DNA from: a virus
Taxonomy: Duplodnaviria > Caudoviricetes
Direction: 5' to 3' (one strand)
IMG/VR virus record: IMGVR_UViG_3300036824_000037
Location: 32,001-96,000 of that record
DNA: 64,000 nt
Below are positions 40,549 through 52,469 of this stretch, one piece after another. A model generated the notes under the pieces. That model made no database searches. It worked only from the letters and a program-made list of their open reading frames with translations, and was not told where the DNA came from. Both the position numbers and the translations under genes were made by a program. The stretch's first letter is position 1, and each line of letters begins with the position of its first letter.

Positions 40549-42173
40549 GCGCCTCGTGTGTGACGGCGCCGGGTGCGGTCGTCACCGCCGCACCCACACG
40601 CCCGCGCCCCGCGGGTGCGCCTTCTCCAGCGGCCCGGCCACCCGCACATTCACCGCCAGCGGACCGTTGAGCGGGTGTAGTGAGTGCCGGATCTCGCCGC
40701 CCTCCACCACCCGGCCCTTGTCGTCCGTGAGCAGCAGGAATCCGCCGGGATTGAAGTCCGGCTCCCGCGAGAGGATGTCCGCCGCGACCTGGAGCATCGG
40801 CTCCGAGACGGGCCTCGGGATGTGCACCGCCAGCAGCGACCCGACCTGCTTGAAGCCCTCCGGCGGCTTCTTGCCGACCGTCACCCCGGCGCGCGCCAGG
40901 CAGCTGCGGGAGTGCTCGCGCAGCAACGTCTCGGCCGCGCCGTCCGTCTTGAGTACCCGGCGCCACGAGCAGTGCGAGCATCGGGCGTGGTAAGCGCCAG
41001 TTGCCGTGGAGGCGTTCGTGAGGGCGTCGGAGATCCGCTTCGCCATGCCGGTCACCGCCTCGTGCAGCGCCTCCACGTCCGAGGCGAGCGTCCCGCGCGG
41101 ATACACGGTGCACTGCGGGTCGCCCTCGTTGTGCACCAGGCAGAACACGCCCCGCTCGCCACTGGCCGGGACCTTGGCGCACGGCTGCCGCATCGGCTCG
41201 CAGCCGCACGACGTCCACCGGCCGTGAGCCGAGAACCCGAAACAGTGGTGCGCCCGCGCGGTCGCCGGCTTCGTGCTGGCCGCCGCCAGTTCCCCGGCGC
41301 AGCGCGAGCACCCGAACTGAGCGACGTGCACGCCGTTGATGTGGTGCGACTCGTGCGCCAAAGCCTCCCGCTCATCCGCACTCGGCCGGTACGGCACGAC
41401 CTGCGCGCACCCGTAATGCGCCCGGTGCGGCCCATAGGCGACGACCCGCACCAGCGCCGGATCGATCTCGCCGGACAGGCCGTCAGCGTCGAGCGCGGCC
41501 AACTCGTCGAGGTCTTCGAGCCCGCACACAGGACACTGGCCGGGCGCCGGGTCTGGGGCCTTCAGCTCCCAGCCCGGCGGCGACCACTGCGGCGTTGGCG
41601 AGGGCTCAACACTCCACGGCCGCCTTGCGAACAGTCCGCCGGCCGCCGACCGCAGCCACTCCCAGATCGCGGCCATCCGCCCCGTGGCGATCAGCCACAG
41701 CGACACCACGGCCTCCAACGCGACGAGGGCGGCGATCGCGAGGTTCATTGCCCACCCCAAACGCGCGTTCCAGGCGTGGCCTGGTCACTCATCACTTTCC
41801 TCCGCTTCAAGCAGCGACTCCTCCACGGTCGCGCCCATGGCCCGCAGCGCCTGCACCGGGTCCGCCGCGAGCACGCACCCGCACGGCAGCGCACGCACCA
41901 CAGCGCCGGCCATGTTCACCCGGAACGCGCCGTGATCCACGCTGTCCGGGTGCTCCGGCGGCGGCGGGGAACGCAGTTCGCAGCCCTCCACCGCCACATC
42001 CTCAGCCGGCTCGCCGCACTGCGGGCATACGAGCCCCGACGACGCCGGTGTGAGCGTCACGGTCCGCGTCGCCGACTGGCGCCCCGTCGCGTACCGGGCG
42101 AGCAGGCCCGCGTCCTCGGCCTCGAACGGCGCCGAGAACGAGGCGGACAGCGAACCCGCGCGGATCCCGTCGG

Positions 42174-42497
42174 TCACGTCACGCTCACCGTGGCCTTCGG
42201 ATGGCTCGCGCACTCTGCCACGAACCGCTCCAGGAACTCCAGCGTGATTTCCGAGTTGCCCCAGCCGTTCTCCGGGTTCATCGCGCTGTACGCCTTGGGC
42301 CGGTCCTGCATGTCGGCGACCGCCCTGCGCAATCGGGGCAGCACCTCGCCCGCGTTCTCGCCGTCCAAGTCGCGCAGACCGCAGCCCAACGCCTCACGGA
42401 ACATCGGCCCCACGTTGTAGGTGATGTTCCCGACGTCGGCAACGCAGGCCATGCACTCGCCCCCAGTGTCGATCCGCAGGGTCACGTCGTAACTCAC
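42174..42497 (-). CDS. Conserved phage hypothetical protein
   Basis: NITYNVGPM...NPENGWG motif. Confidence 0.6.
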   Translation of the reverse strand: MSYDVTLRIDTGGECMACVADVGNITYNVGPMFREALGCGLRDLDGENAGEVLPRLRRAVADMQDRPKAYSAMNPENGWGNSEITLEFLERFVAECASHPKATVSVT

Positions 42498-43133
42498 AGC
42501 TTCGCCCACCAGTCCCTCAGCCGCAGCAGTGCCGTGATCGCCTCCACGGCCTCGTCCGCGCACACCGGATCGTCGTACTCCACCTCGAGCCGTACCCGCG
42601 TGCGCCCGATCGGCGGGCCCGTCAGCAGATACGCGTCACGGGTCGTGTTGATCGCCCATGTGCAGATGTGCGGACCCCCGTGCGCCTCGGGTTCACTGCC
42701 TTCAGCGACGGACGCGGCGAGCAGGTACTTCCACCCGAACTCGCGCGCCTCATCCGGCGTCATGTAGTCGTCGTCGCCCGGCGACATGACCACGACGCGG
42801 CCGCCCTCGACCCAGCCCTGCTCACGCACCTGCTCGGCGAGGTCGTTGCGGTGGATGTGCGGCATGGTCACCTCGCCCGAGCGTCCGGGTCGACGAAGAT
42901 GGCGTAGGTGTCGATGCTCGCCTGCCGGCCCGCGAACACCCCGCACACCTGCAACACCGCGCCCTTCGCCCGCGCCTCCGCCTGCGCCATGTCCTCCGCG
43001 GTGCGCGCATCCCCGGCCGGGTAGTACTCGAGCCAGCGCTCCATCGTCTCGGGGAAGAATCCGACGACGGTGCACCACCCCATCTCTTCCTGCAGTTCCT
43101 CGGCGAGGATCTCCGCCGCGTCCCGGGACGCCA

Positions 43134-43700
43134 TCAGTGCCGTCCCGCGCTGCGCGAACCGCTGTAGCCGCTACTGCGCGACGAACTCGACCCGGAACCC
43201 GAGCCGCCGCGCGACCCGCCGCCGTACGAGGTCGTGCTGCGCGACCCGGACCCGAACTGCTTCGTGTTCACCTTCGACCCGGTGACCGTGCCCCCCGCCG
43301 ACGACTTGTACACCGCCTTCGCCGAGGCTGTCTTGATCTGGGTGCGGTACGTCGTGGAGAAGTGCACGACGGTGACGCTGCGGTACCGGGTCCGGTAGCT
43401 GACCGGGACGTAGGTGTTGTAGTACGCGGGCGAGGAGTAGTAGTCCCAGTACGCCTCTTCCCAGCTGAGCGCCATCGGGGTGGGGATCGACCCGACGGGG
43501 CACAGCCCGGCCGCCATGAGGTTGTACGCCTCCTGCGCGTCCTGGACGTAGTAGCACTCGCGCACGTTGTTCACGCTCTGCCAGTACGCGGCCGGGGTGT
43601 ACGTCGCTGCGGCACTGTCGTCGGACGAGCCGCAGGCGGCGAGCGTCCCGGCGAACACGGCGCCGGCCATGAGCACCGCGACGCGGCGGGGGATCTTCAT
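43134..43700 (-). CDS. Lipoprotein with Gly/Ser-rich tail
   Basis: Lipobox LAAC after signal peptide; Tyr-rich core; GS-rich C-terminus. Confidence 0.75.
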   Translation of the reverse strand: MKIPRRVAVLMAGAVFAGTLAACGSSDDSAAATYTPAAYWQSVNNVRECYYVQDAQEAYNLMAAGLCPVGSIPTPMALSWEEAYWDYYSSPAYYNTYVPVSYRTRYRSVTVVHFSTTYRTQIKTASAKAVYKSSAGGTVTGSKVNTKQFGSGSRSTTSYGGGSRGGSGSGSSSSRSSGYSGSRSAGRH

Positions 43701-44111
43701 CGGGTCCTTCTCTCGGTTGGTTAAACGTTAGATGATCAGATGTCTGATGAGGCCAGGGTTGTGCGCCGAAGAGCGGTGCGGGTCAGCCGGTCGGCGTCTG
43801 CGCGTCCACGGGCACCTCGACCCACTCCCCGGCGCGATGCCAGCGCTGACGCCGCACCAGCGTCCACGCACCCGCCGGCATCAGCGCGATGAACTCGCGC
43901 GCGTCCTGCTCGTCGTCGCGCAGGTCGACTCGAGCCGGATCGCGCCACGCCCGGCAGCGAACGCCCCACTCGGTGTACGGCGACCCGAACGCCTCGAGCT
44001 CGTCCGCCATCGCCGCGGCGAGCGGAACCAGCGCTTCGCGCGCGTCGAGCCCGTCCGTGGTCGGCTGCTGCGCCCGCTCGACCAGGGCGCGCACCCGGGC
44101 AAGGTCGATAC

Positions 44112-44426
44112 TCACGACCACTCCCGGCCGTTGTAATCGCAATGCGCGCCGTTGTGGTCGCGTTCCTTCTCGCACTGCACGGGCACGTCCTGGACGTCAC
44201 CCTCGGCGAAACACTGCCGCACGATCCCGTGCTTGCGAAACGCGTCCACGATCGCCTCGTCGTCCTCGAACTCGCTAAGGCTCTCGCCTTCCGTGTCCCA
44301 GCCGCGGTTCTGGAGCGCGGCGATTAAGACGTTGCAGACGTCCCGCTTGAGGTCGTCGCTGGCGCCGTGCTCGATCAGTTTGCGCGCGACGGGGTCGAAT
44401 ACCTCGTCGCCACCAGCCCAGCCCAT
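44112..44426 (-). CDS. Conserved actinophage hypothetical protein
   Basis: MGWAGGDEVFDPVA...GWDTEGESL. Confidence 0.55.
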   Translation of the reverse strand: MGWAGGDEVFDPVARKLIEHGASDDLKRDVCNVLIAALQNRGWDTEGESLSEFEDDEAIVDAFRKHGIVRQCFAEGDVQDVPVQCEKERDHNGAHCDYNGREWS

Positions 44427-45202
44427 GTCAGTGCTCCTTGAAAAGTTCGGTGGTGATGTCCTGTCGGCTGAACGATCCGGTGCCAGCGAGTGCGTCACCC
44501 AGCAGGCTCTCCGCGTTCATCCATGCAACGCGTTGGACGTGATCGGTGGACATCTCGACGACCTGTCTCATCGCCTCCCGGCACCGCTCTACGCGTTCAA
44601 TCACCCCGCGCAGGTCCGTGTTCTCCCGCCGCAGCCGGACAGGCTCATCCCCGCCGAGCCCGAGTCGCCGCTGTCGTAGGCGCCGCGTCAGGCGCTTGCG
44701 GTCGGACAACACCAGACGCAGGTCATCATCAACGGCCGCGTCGATGGCCGGCTGCTGGGATTCGGCCGTGAACAGTCTCCCCAGTCGCTCAGCGGCCAGA
44801 TCCGCAGGTGTCTCGTCGGTTTCGGGCATCAGTTGCCTCCTTCACTCTTGCCGCCCACGCGCGCCTCTTCAGCGCAGGGAATGCACGGTGTCTGGTCGAA
44901 CCCGGTCTGCCGACAGTTGTGGCAGCCCTTGCCGGGCACGTCGGGCCGCGGCGAGCAGGACAGGCACACATGCGAGCGCCCGCACGGAAACCTGGCCGCC
45001 TGCGGGTCCGCCGGGTACGGCCACGCTCCGGTGTCCCGCTCCTCGATACGCCGGTCCCGCAATTCCTCGAGCCACTCCACGACCCGGGCGACCCGGCGCA
45101 GCTCGGTGTTGGCGTCCTTCAGGTGCGCGGCGATGGCCTCGGGGGAGGCGTTGCGCTCGAACGACGCGCGGTACGCGGGCTGTACGTCCCAACGGGCGGC
45201 CA

Positions 45203-45829
45203 TCAGTTGCCTCCCGTCGCGACGACGGCCCGGATCCCGGACCGGCTGATGATCCGCTCGACCTTCGCCGCGAACACACCCTCCGTCACGTCCGTGTCCT
45301 GGGTGAAGTGCTGCATCGCGCACAGCGCCGTCACCGCCACGTCCGCCAACTCGTTCAACAGGTCGTCCAGTGAGTGGGTCACACCCTTGCGTGGGTTCTG
45401 CCCCACCATCCCGATATACGCGGCGACGGCCTCGCCGCACTCCTCGGCGAGCTTCATCACCCGCATCGAGTCCTCGTGCGGCCCGACCGGGTTGGACTCG
45501 TCGAGCCACCGCGTGATCGCGCCGATGTCCGCGAACAGGTCGCCGGCGCTGGACGCGGCACGCAGCCGATCCACCTCCGCGGCTAGCTCCTCGCGGCTGC
45601 GGTGGCCTGGCCCCGGGATGCCCAGGTCGACCCAGGCGCCGTCGCGCAACTCCTTGGTCACACCCACGGTGCGCCGGTAGCGCAGCCTGTTGCCCGTCTC
45701 CGGGTGCCAGCCCTCGTGCCAGTTCGCCCGGTGCGTGCAGGGCAGCACGCACTGCACGGGCAGCGACCAGTGGACCGAGATGCAGCGCTCCGGGTTGGTC
45801 ATGTCGGGGGCGAGCGGCGGGATCTTCAT
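45203..45829 (-). CDS. MazG-like NTP pyrophosphatase with N-terminal Cys/His extension
   Basis: KLAEECGE...GQNPRKG...ELADV. Confidence 0.8.
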   Translation of the reverse strand: MKIPPLAPDMTNPERCISVHWSLPVQCVLPCTHRANWHEGWHPETGNRLRYRRTVGVTKELRDGAWVDLGIPGPGHRSREELAAEVDRLRAASSAGDLFADIGAITRWLDESNPVGPHEDSMRVMKLAEECGEAVAAYIGMVGQNPRKGVTHSLDDLLNELADVAVTALCAMQHFTQDTDVTEGVFAAKVERIISRSGIRAVVATGGN

Positions 45830-48523
45830 CGCATCTCCAACGCGGTCTTGAGGTCGTCGAAGAACCGCACAACGTTGAGCATTAAGTTCTGGTCGAGTTC
45901 CTCGGCCCGCTTGACAACCGATCTGGCCGCGTCGAGTTGCCCGCAGGCGTGGTCGTACTCCTGCTTGACGGTGGGCTCCCAGCCCACGTACTTCGCCAGC
46001 TCCACGCGCAGCCGGATCACCTCGGCGATCAGGTCCCGCATGTCCGTCGGCGCCGCGGCCACGAACTTGGCGATCAGCTCGGCGTCGTACCGGCGCTCGG
46101 TCTCGACGCAGGTGCGGTACGCGCCCTCGATCTCGCCGACGATGTACTCACCCGCGGTGGCGAGGACGATCTCGTCCGTTTCGATCGTCCAGCCGTTGAC
46201 CCCGTCGTCGTCGTCGTAGTCGAGGTGCGGTTCGGCGGCCCACGGGTGCTCGGTGGCCGGGATGCGCGCCTCGATCTCGGCGAGGCGGTCGTCGGACAGC
46301 GCAGTATCGGCGCCCATCACTCGCCACCCGTCGACGCTGCGGCGAGCAGTGCCCGCTGTGCGTCCGTGAGGTCTTCCATCGGCACGTCGACCTCGGTGGT
46401 GACCTTGATGCGCCACACCCGCCACTCCGTTGGGATGCCGTCGAGGTACATGTCCACCGCGCCCTGCTCCTCGGTGGAGTCGGCCCAGGTGAACGTGCCG
46501 GTTTCGCCGGTGCGGTTCGTGTAGTCGATCTCGGCGGCGAGTTGCGCGAGTACGCGGGTGGCGAACGGGTCGCCGTCCGGGCGCCAGTCCTCACCGTCGG
46601 TGAAGTTCCACACCGGCGCCGGCGGGAGCGGGAACACCGCGTCCAGGTAACCGCGAATCTCGCTGACATCGCGCTCGTCGAGTTCGCGGGTGAGCAGGTT
46701 CTTGCCGGAGCCGTTGAACTTCGGGCCGGCCAGCCGGTAGCCGTGGCCCACACCCGTCTCGTTGAGTTGATTGATGGAGAGTTGGAGTTTGCCGGTCCAT
46801 TCGTCCCGGTCGACGTCGATCACGATCCTGTTGGGCATGTGCTGCTCCTGTCGTTCGGTCGGGTTGGAGCCGGGCGCACCCCGGCGGAGGGGGTCCGGGG
46901 CGCACCCGGCGGCTTATGGGGTTGCCGCCTCGGCGGCTTCGGGGTGCTTGACTTCCGCGTGTTCGGCCAGGTCGAGCACGAGATCACCGCACGCCTCGCA
47001 CTCGGAGCAGTTCTCGCAGAACGAGCACGGCGGATGCGCGGTCACCGCACACTGGCAGGACTCCGCAGGCGCAGCGGTCCACTCGTGGTGCTCCCGGATG
47101 CCCTCGACGATGCGCCGCAGCGCCTCGATCGCGGCGGCGTTCGACACCGGCCGCGAGGTCTCGGGCTCACCCCGGCCGCCGGACTCGAACACGCGCACCC
47201 GCTGGCGGCGGCCGTACGGCACCGAGACGCGCAGGGGTCGTCCGGGGTAGTCGAACGCGAAGGACTTCGCCGGGTTACGCGGTGCGATCAGGTAGCCGCT
47301 GCCGTCCGGCAGGGGCGTTTTCACGCAGCCCCCACGGCTGGCCTCTTCGGCTGCGTCGAGGACCTGGTACCGGGTGGCGCTCGGGCCTCTCGGTCGGCGC
47401 GGCTTACGGGCGGCGTCCTGCCGGATCGTCCGCGCCAGCTCCGCGAATAGCGCCTCGACGACTTCGACTTCGGTGGCCACGGTCAGTTCCCTTCCGGGGT
47501 TGCGTGCTTGGCGAGTTCCGCGCGGCCCGCGCCGGTCACGACGGCGACTGTGTACGTCCCGTAGGCGGCAGGGGTCCGTTCGAGGAGGCCGCACTCGAAA
47601 AGCTTCTTGACGTCGGCGGTTCGGTCGAGCGCGGCGTTCGGCGGACCGACCTGCCAGGGGGCGCCGGGCCCGTGCGCCACACCCGCCCCCACGCGGCCAG
47701 GCGCAGGATCGCGAGGTGCGCGGGCGACAGGCGGGAACCCATGTCAGTGGTCTTCCGGTTCATGGTTGGGGGGTGTCGGGCAGCCATGGCCACGAGGGCA
47801 GCACGCGGCGCACGTCGGCGAGCACCGATAGCCAGCCCGAGCCGTACTCGCTCGTGTACTCGTGCCAGCACGCGTCGGCGTCCATCTCGATCGCGGCATC
47901 CTCGAACGCGTCACCGTCGCCAGCGTCGAGAACGGCACTCAGCCGGCCGCGCGCATCAGCCCGGCCGCCACGGAACGCGGAGGTCCAGGCGCCCTGATTG
48001 GTGTCGCTGCTGCCGTCCGCGATGCGGCACAGCTCGGCGCGCTGGGTGTCGGTGAGGTTCATGCCGAGGCGCCTTCCGTCGGAGTGCCGAGCAGTGCCCT
48101 GCCCGTGTCGGTGATCGCGGCGTACACGACCTGTCCGCGCGCCTCGCCCTCCACGGCCAGCCCGTCCCTGATCAGGGCGCGCATCTGCGCGGTGACCGTC
48201 GCCCGGTAGCCGCGCCGGCCAGGAGCGGACCAGTGCGAGAGCGGGTCGGCGTACCGGTACACCTCGCCGCGCGCGACCCGGGAGAGGACCTCGCGGCGCG
48301 ACAGGCGCGGCTCGGGCGGATAGACGGCCACGGTCAGGCTCCGTTCGGGTCGGTGAGGCGGTCGCGGATGGCGCGCACGATGTCCGCGGCCCGGTCCAGG
48401 TTCTGCACGTCGGCGGCAGTGGTGTCGGCGCACTCGATCAGCTCGACGATCGCGGTCAGCGCCCGGTCCGCCTTCGCGTACGTCAGCTTCCGGGGGTGCC
48501 TGGGGTGCGTCATCGCGGGCATG

Positions 48524-49366
48524 TCAGGCTCCGATCGGGATCTCAGCGGCGGCGACTATCTCCGCCATCGACAGGTCGGCCTTGAACGTGTGGCCCACCA
48601 GCTCCTCGACGGCGAGGTACTCCTGGGCCATGGCCGGATTCAGGCGGGCGGACAGGACGAGTTCCTTGCGGCCCGCGAGGACGCAGAACATGCACGACAG
48701 CCGCGGCATCCCTGCGTCGTAAGCCGGGTGGTGCGGAAGACCTGAGCGGCGGATCGTGTCCCACACCTGCTCAGTTGTCCAGTCGAAGATGGGTAGCCAC
48801 CGGTCGACAGTGCGTCGACTGTTGCTTGCGGCCCCATCAGGGCCGAATGGCACCTTCTTGGCGCGCGCCGGTGACTCCTCGGCCCTGATGCCCAGGCAGT
48901 TCAGGATCCTGATCGGGCGGTCTGGGTGCGCGGCACGATGATCCGCGGCCAGTTGCGTCATGAACTTGGCGACCTGGGCCGTCTTCTGGTCGGACGTGCA
49001 GTACCTGGCCTGGCTGGACGGCCATGCTGGCGTGGTGGTGTCGCCCTTCGCCCGCAGCGTGAGGTGGCGCGAGACAACCTGGTCGAGCAGGTCCTCGAGG
49101 CGGCGGACGGTCACGAATCGAAGCCCGTACGCAGCAGCCTGCGTTTCGGCGAGTTCACGGGTGCCCTCCCACTCGACGCGGCCAAGGTCGGCGTGAACGA
49201 CGACGATCCGGTCGCGGGAGATGCTCTCGGCGTCGGCGCGCTCGACCAGGTGCGTAAGCATCGCCTGGGAATCCTTGCCCGCGCTGGAGTTGACGAGGAC
49301 CACGTCGTAGTCGCCCAGGTCGGGCGTGGTGCGGGCGATGTCGAACAACGCCAGGGCGGCGGTCAT
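48524..49366 (-). CDS. PAPS-reductase-family (PP-loop) protein
   Basis: SSAGKDS, YCTSDQK, GIRAEESPAR, HPAY, RLSCMFC. Confidence 0.88.
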   Translation of the reverse strand: MTAALALFDIARTTPDLGDYDVVLVNSSAGKDSQAMLTHLVERADAESISRDRIVVVHADLGRVEWEGTRELAETQAAAYGLRFVTVRRLEDLLDQVVSRHLTLRAKGDTTTPAWPSSQARYCTSDQKTAQVAKFMTQLAADHRAAHPDRPIRILNCLGIRAEESPARAKKVPFGPDGAASNSRRTVDRWLPIFDWTTEQVWDTIRRSGLPHHPAYDAGMPRLSCMFCVLAGRKELVLSARLNPAMAQEYLAVEELVGHTFKADLSMAEIVAAAEIPIGA

Positions 49367-50202
49367 CGTCAGGCTCCGGTCTCGGTGGTTTCGGCGCCCA
49401 GGTACTCGCCGGTGATGTAGCCGGGGATCGCGGCGTGGCACTCGGCCCATGACGGGCGGCTGCTGACGGACGGGACGCGGGCGATCCCGGTCTCGGTGCC
49501 GCGCGGCGTGCTGGCCGAGTAGCGGACCAGGTGGATCGTCGGGGCGGCCGAGTTGGTCTAGGCGACCTCCGTCAGCGCGGCGGTGCGGGCGTACGTAGCG
49601 GCTGCCTTCTGCAGGACCGCGACGGTGTACGCGTAGACCCGCACGAGTCGGTGGCCGCGCACGTCCAGGCCGCTCTTGGCCGGGTCGGTCCCGTACTGCT
49701 CGCGGTACGCCTTGGCCTCGGCGCGCCCGAACGGGGAGCTGTACGACTTCACGAACGCCGCGTCGGTATGCAGCACGGCCGCCAGGTAGCCGGCGGCGGT
49801 GTGCTGGTCGGTGTTCACGCGGGCGGCGACCTTGCGCAGGTTGTGCAGGCGCCGGGTGACGGAGTCGAACCGGCCAGGCTTGGCGCTGCGGGTGCGCGGG
49901 GTCTTGCGCAGGTGGTCCATCGGCTTCGGCAGTGTGACCGTGACCGTCTCGCCGATCGGGCGTAGCTGCCCGGCCGGGACGCTCCAGTGGCCGCGGTGGG
50001 TGTCGCCGGGCTGCGGGTCCTGCTCGACCAGGAACGTGTCGGCGCCGTCCTGGCGCTCGACGGTGCCGGTGTAGCTCTTGCGGGTCCAGCGCGAGGTGAA
50101 GGCGACGCGGTCGCCGGGCTGGTACTGGGCGGTGGTCGTGGCGGTCATTGCGGGTTCCCCTCCGGTTCAGCGTCCGCCTCTCGGGCGCTCCCTGCACTGA
50201 GA

Positions 50203-50294
50203 ACACTATTCGCGAACCCTAGTCGCGTCAAGGCTGTTCGCGGATGGCATTCACGGTTACTGTGTGAACAGTGGCCCGCATACCGTTCGCGAAC
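50203..50294. promoter_or_regulatory. Leftward promoter with palindromic operators
   Basis: TTGACG(50231-50226)-17-TAGTGT(50208-50203) on - strand; TTCGCGAA in the spacer and GTTCGCGAAC at 50285-50294. Confidence 0.65.
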
Positions 50295-50315
50295 AGAGGT
50301 GACACAATGGCGCCC

Positions 50316-50537
50316 ATGGAAGAAGACCTCGCCGCCCGCATGAAGCAGAGCGCCGCCCGATTCAGGCGCACCAAGAGCGCCTACGAGACCGCGCGCGCCG
50401 ACCTGTACTCGCTGATCTTCGACGCGGACGAGGAGGACTGTGGACCGTCCGAGATCGCTCGGGCCAGCGGCTTTACGCGCGAATGGGTGTCCAAGGTCAT
50501 CGCCGCCGAGAAGAAGCGCCGAGGCATCGGGGACTGA
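50316..50537 (+). CDS. Small HTH repressor
   Basis: GPSEIARASGFTREWVSKV; divergent from the promoter at 50203. Confidence 0.7.
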   Translation: MEEDLAARMKQSAARFRRTKSAYETARADLYSLIFDADEEDCGPSEIARASGFTREWVSKVIAAEKKRRGIGD

Positions 50538-50762
50538 CCCGTTCACCGCACCCCCACCAGCCGCGCCACCTCGGCGATCAGCCACCCGACTGTGGCGAGC
50601 GTCGCGGGCAGCGCGACCACGGTCACGACCGGCGGGACACGGCGGCGCCTGCGTCGAGTGGTCACCGGCCACCCTTCCCAGCGTCGATGAACAGGTTGAC
50701 CAGCCACGCGATCCCGGCGCCGCACGTGAGCGAGCAGGCGACGCGTATCAGCGCCCACCCGG

Positions 50763-51044
50763 TCACCGGGGATCACCCATCTCGGCCCGGCCGCAGCGGC
50801 ACGCGGCGCGCCCGTCGTCCGGGTCCCCGGCGAACCAGCCGGGCGGGATGTCGAGCCACGCGCAGATCAGCAGGAAATTCAGCGCGTCCGGGGTGTTGTG
50901 CCCGCACTCGACCCGGGCCAGGGTCGTGAACGGGACACCGGCCAGGGCGGCGGCATCGCGCAGGGTCAGTCCGCGGCGGCGCCGCTCCTGCCGGACCAGG
51001 CGGCCGAGCACCTTGAGGCACGTGGGTGCGACGGAGTCAGCCAT
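50763..51044 (-). CDS. XRE-family HTH protein
   Basis: RRRRGLTLRDAAALAGVPFTTLARVECG. Confidence 0.8.
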   Translation of the reverse strand: MADSVAPTCLKVLGRLVRQERRRRGLTLRDAAALAGVPFTTLARVECGHNTPDALNFLLICAWLDIPPGWFAGDPDDGRAACRCGRAEMGDPR

Positions 51045-51528
51045 CGGACACCTCGAGGGCGTGGACGATCTGACTCAGGACGCGGCGCTCGCCGGTGTCC
51101 TCGTCGGCGAGCTGCGCGTGAAGGGCGGCGACGGCGGCCCGGACCCGCTCAAGCAGTGCCTCGGCGTTCTCGCGCTGCTCGGCCTCCCCGCGCCAGATGC
51201 GGGCCTGGTCGGTCTCGGTCTGCGCGCGTGCGACCGCGGCGTCCAGCGCCCGGGCGAGCGCCTGGGGGTGTCGGCGGGCAGGTTCGCGCGCACCCAGCGC
51301 AGTTCCGCGGCTAGGGTGCGGTGCGCCGGGGGCGCCTGGAGCTCGGTCATTTGCGCCTCGCCGGGATGCGGTGGCCGACATGGTGGTGCGACGGATCCGC
51401 GGGGCAGCGATACGCGACGAGCACGACGGGCGACGCTCCCGCGGCGACCAGGGCGGCGAGGTGTCCGAGGGCGGCCTTCCGGGTGGCGTGCTTGATCTTG
51501 CCGGTGCAGGCGCGCGCCTTCGTCTTGA

Positions 51529-51903
51529 TCATCGGCGCTCCCGGGCGGTGTCGCCGAGGGTTTTGAGCACGGCCCGGCCCGCGTCGCGCAGGGCTGCGTC
51601 CCGCCCGGATGGGGCCCGAAGCGCGGCCCACCGGGATGCGAGGGCCCGCACCGCGTCCACCTGCGCGCGTGCAGGGGCGTCGTCCCAGGCGGGGCCCAGC
51701 TTCTCGTAGCCGAGCGCCACCGCGTGCGCCCGGCTGGTCGCGCCGAGCCGGTCCAGGATGCGCCGCATGTGCGAGCGCACGGTGTGGCTGGACAGGAACA
51801 GTTTCTCGCCGATCGCGGCGTTGCTCAGGCCCTGCGCGGCCAGCGCGAGCACCTCGAGTTCGCGCCCGGTCAGGGCGCTGCCGGGCTGCGCGGGTTCGCT
51901 CAC
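51529..51903 (-). CDS. LuxR-type HTH protein
   Basis: LTGRELEVLALAAQGLSNAAIGEKLFLSSHTVRSHMRRILDRLG. Confidence 0.88.
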   Translation of the reverse strand: MSEPAQPGSALTGRELEVLALAAQGLSNAAIGEKLFLSSHTVRSHMRRILDRLGATSRAHAVALGYEKLGPAWDDAPARAQVDAVRALASRWAALRAPSGRDAALRDAGRAVLKTLGDTARERR

Positions 51904-52469
51904 CGTGCACCCCCGATGCGGGCGAGTTCCCGGGCGGCGGCCCAGTGGTCGTGCACGCCGAGCAGCTTGTACGCGGCGCCGGCGTCGTGGCGCACGGTGG
52001 CCACGGTCAGGCCCAGGGCGCGCCCGACCTGCCGCTGGGTGTCGCCGGCGAGCATCCCGAGCAGGATCCGGTGCTGGCGTTCGGTCAGCGGGCCGCGGGG
52101 CAGGTGCGCGAAATCCGGCGGGGCGTCGTCGCGCGGGCGGATCCAGCCCTGGCGCACCGCGGCCATCACGACCTCGGGGACCGCGATCGGGGCGGTGGGG
52201 TCCGGCAGTTCCGACGCGGGGAGGCTACGGAGGTCCGTGGAGGCGCCAGGAGCCACGCTGACGGCTTGCGGGGTGGTTTCGCGCAATCGGAGACGCTGCG
52301 GCGCCCCAGCGCCCCCCTGCGGGGCTGTGCGCGGCTCGGCGACGGGCCGGGGATGCCCCGTGGCGGTTCGGTAGGAGGCGCCAGGGTCGCGAACGGGCGC
52401 CGGGGGTTCCGGGACCCCCGCGGGTGCCTGCCGGACGCTCAGGGGCGCTGTGAGGCCGCGGGGGTTCAC
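51900..52469 (-). CDS. Protein with C-terminal LuxR-type HTH
   Basis: LTERQHRILLGMLAGDTQRQVGRALGLTVATVRHD...YKLLGV; start uncertain. Confidence 0.65.
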   Translation of the reverse strand: MNPRGLTAPLSVRQAPAGVPEPPAPVRDPGASYRTATGHPRPVAEPRTAPQGGAGAPQRLRLRETTPQAVSVAPGASTDLRSLPASELPDPTAPIAVPEVVMAAVRQGWIRPRDDAPPDFAHLPRGPLTERQHRILLGMLAGDTQRQVGRALGLTVATVRHDAGAAYKLLGVHDHWAAARELARIGGAR

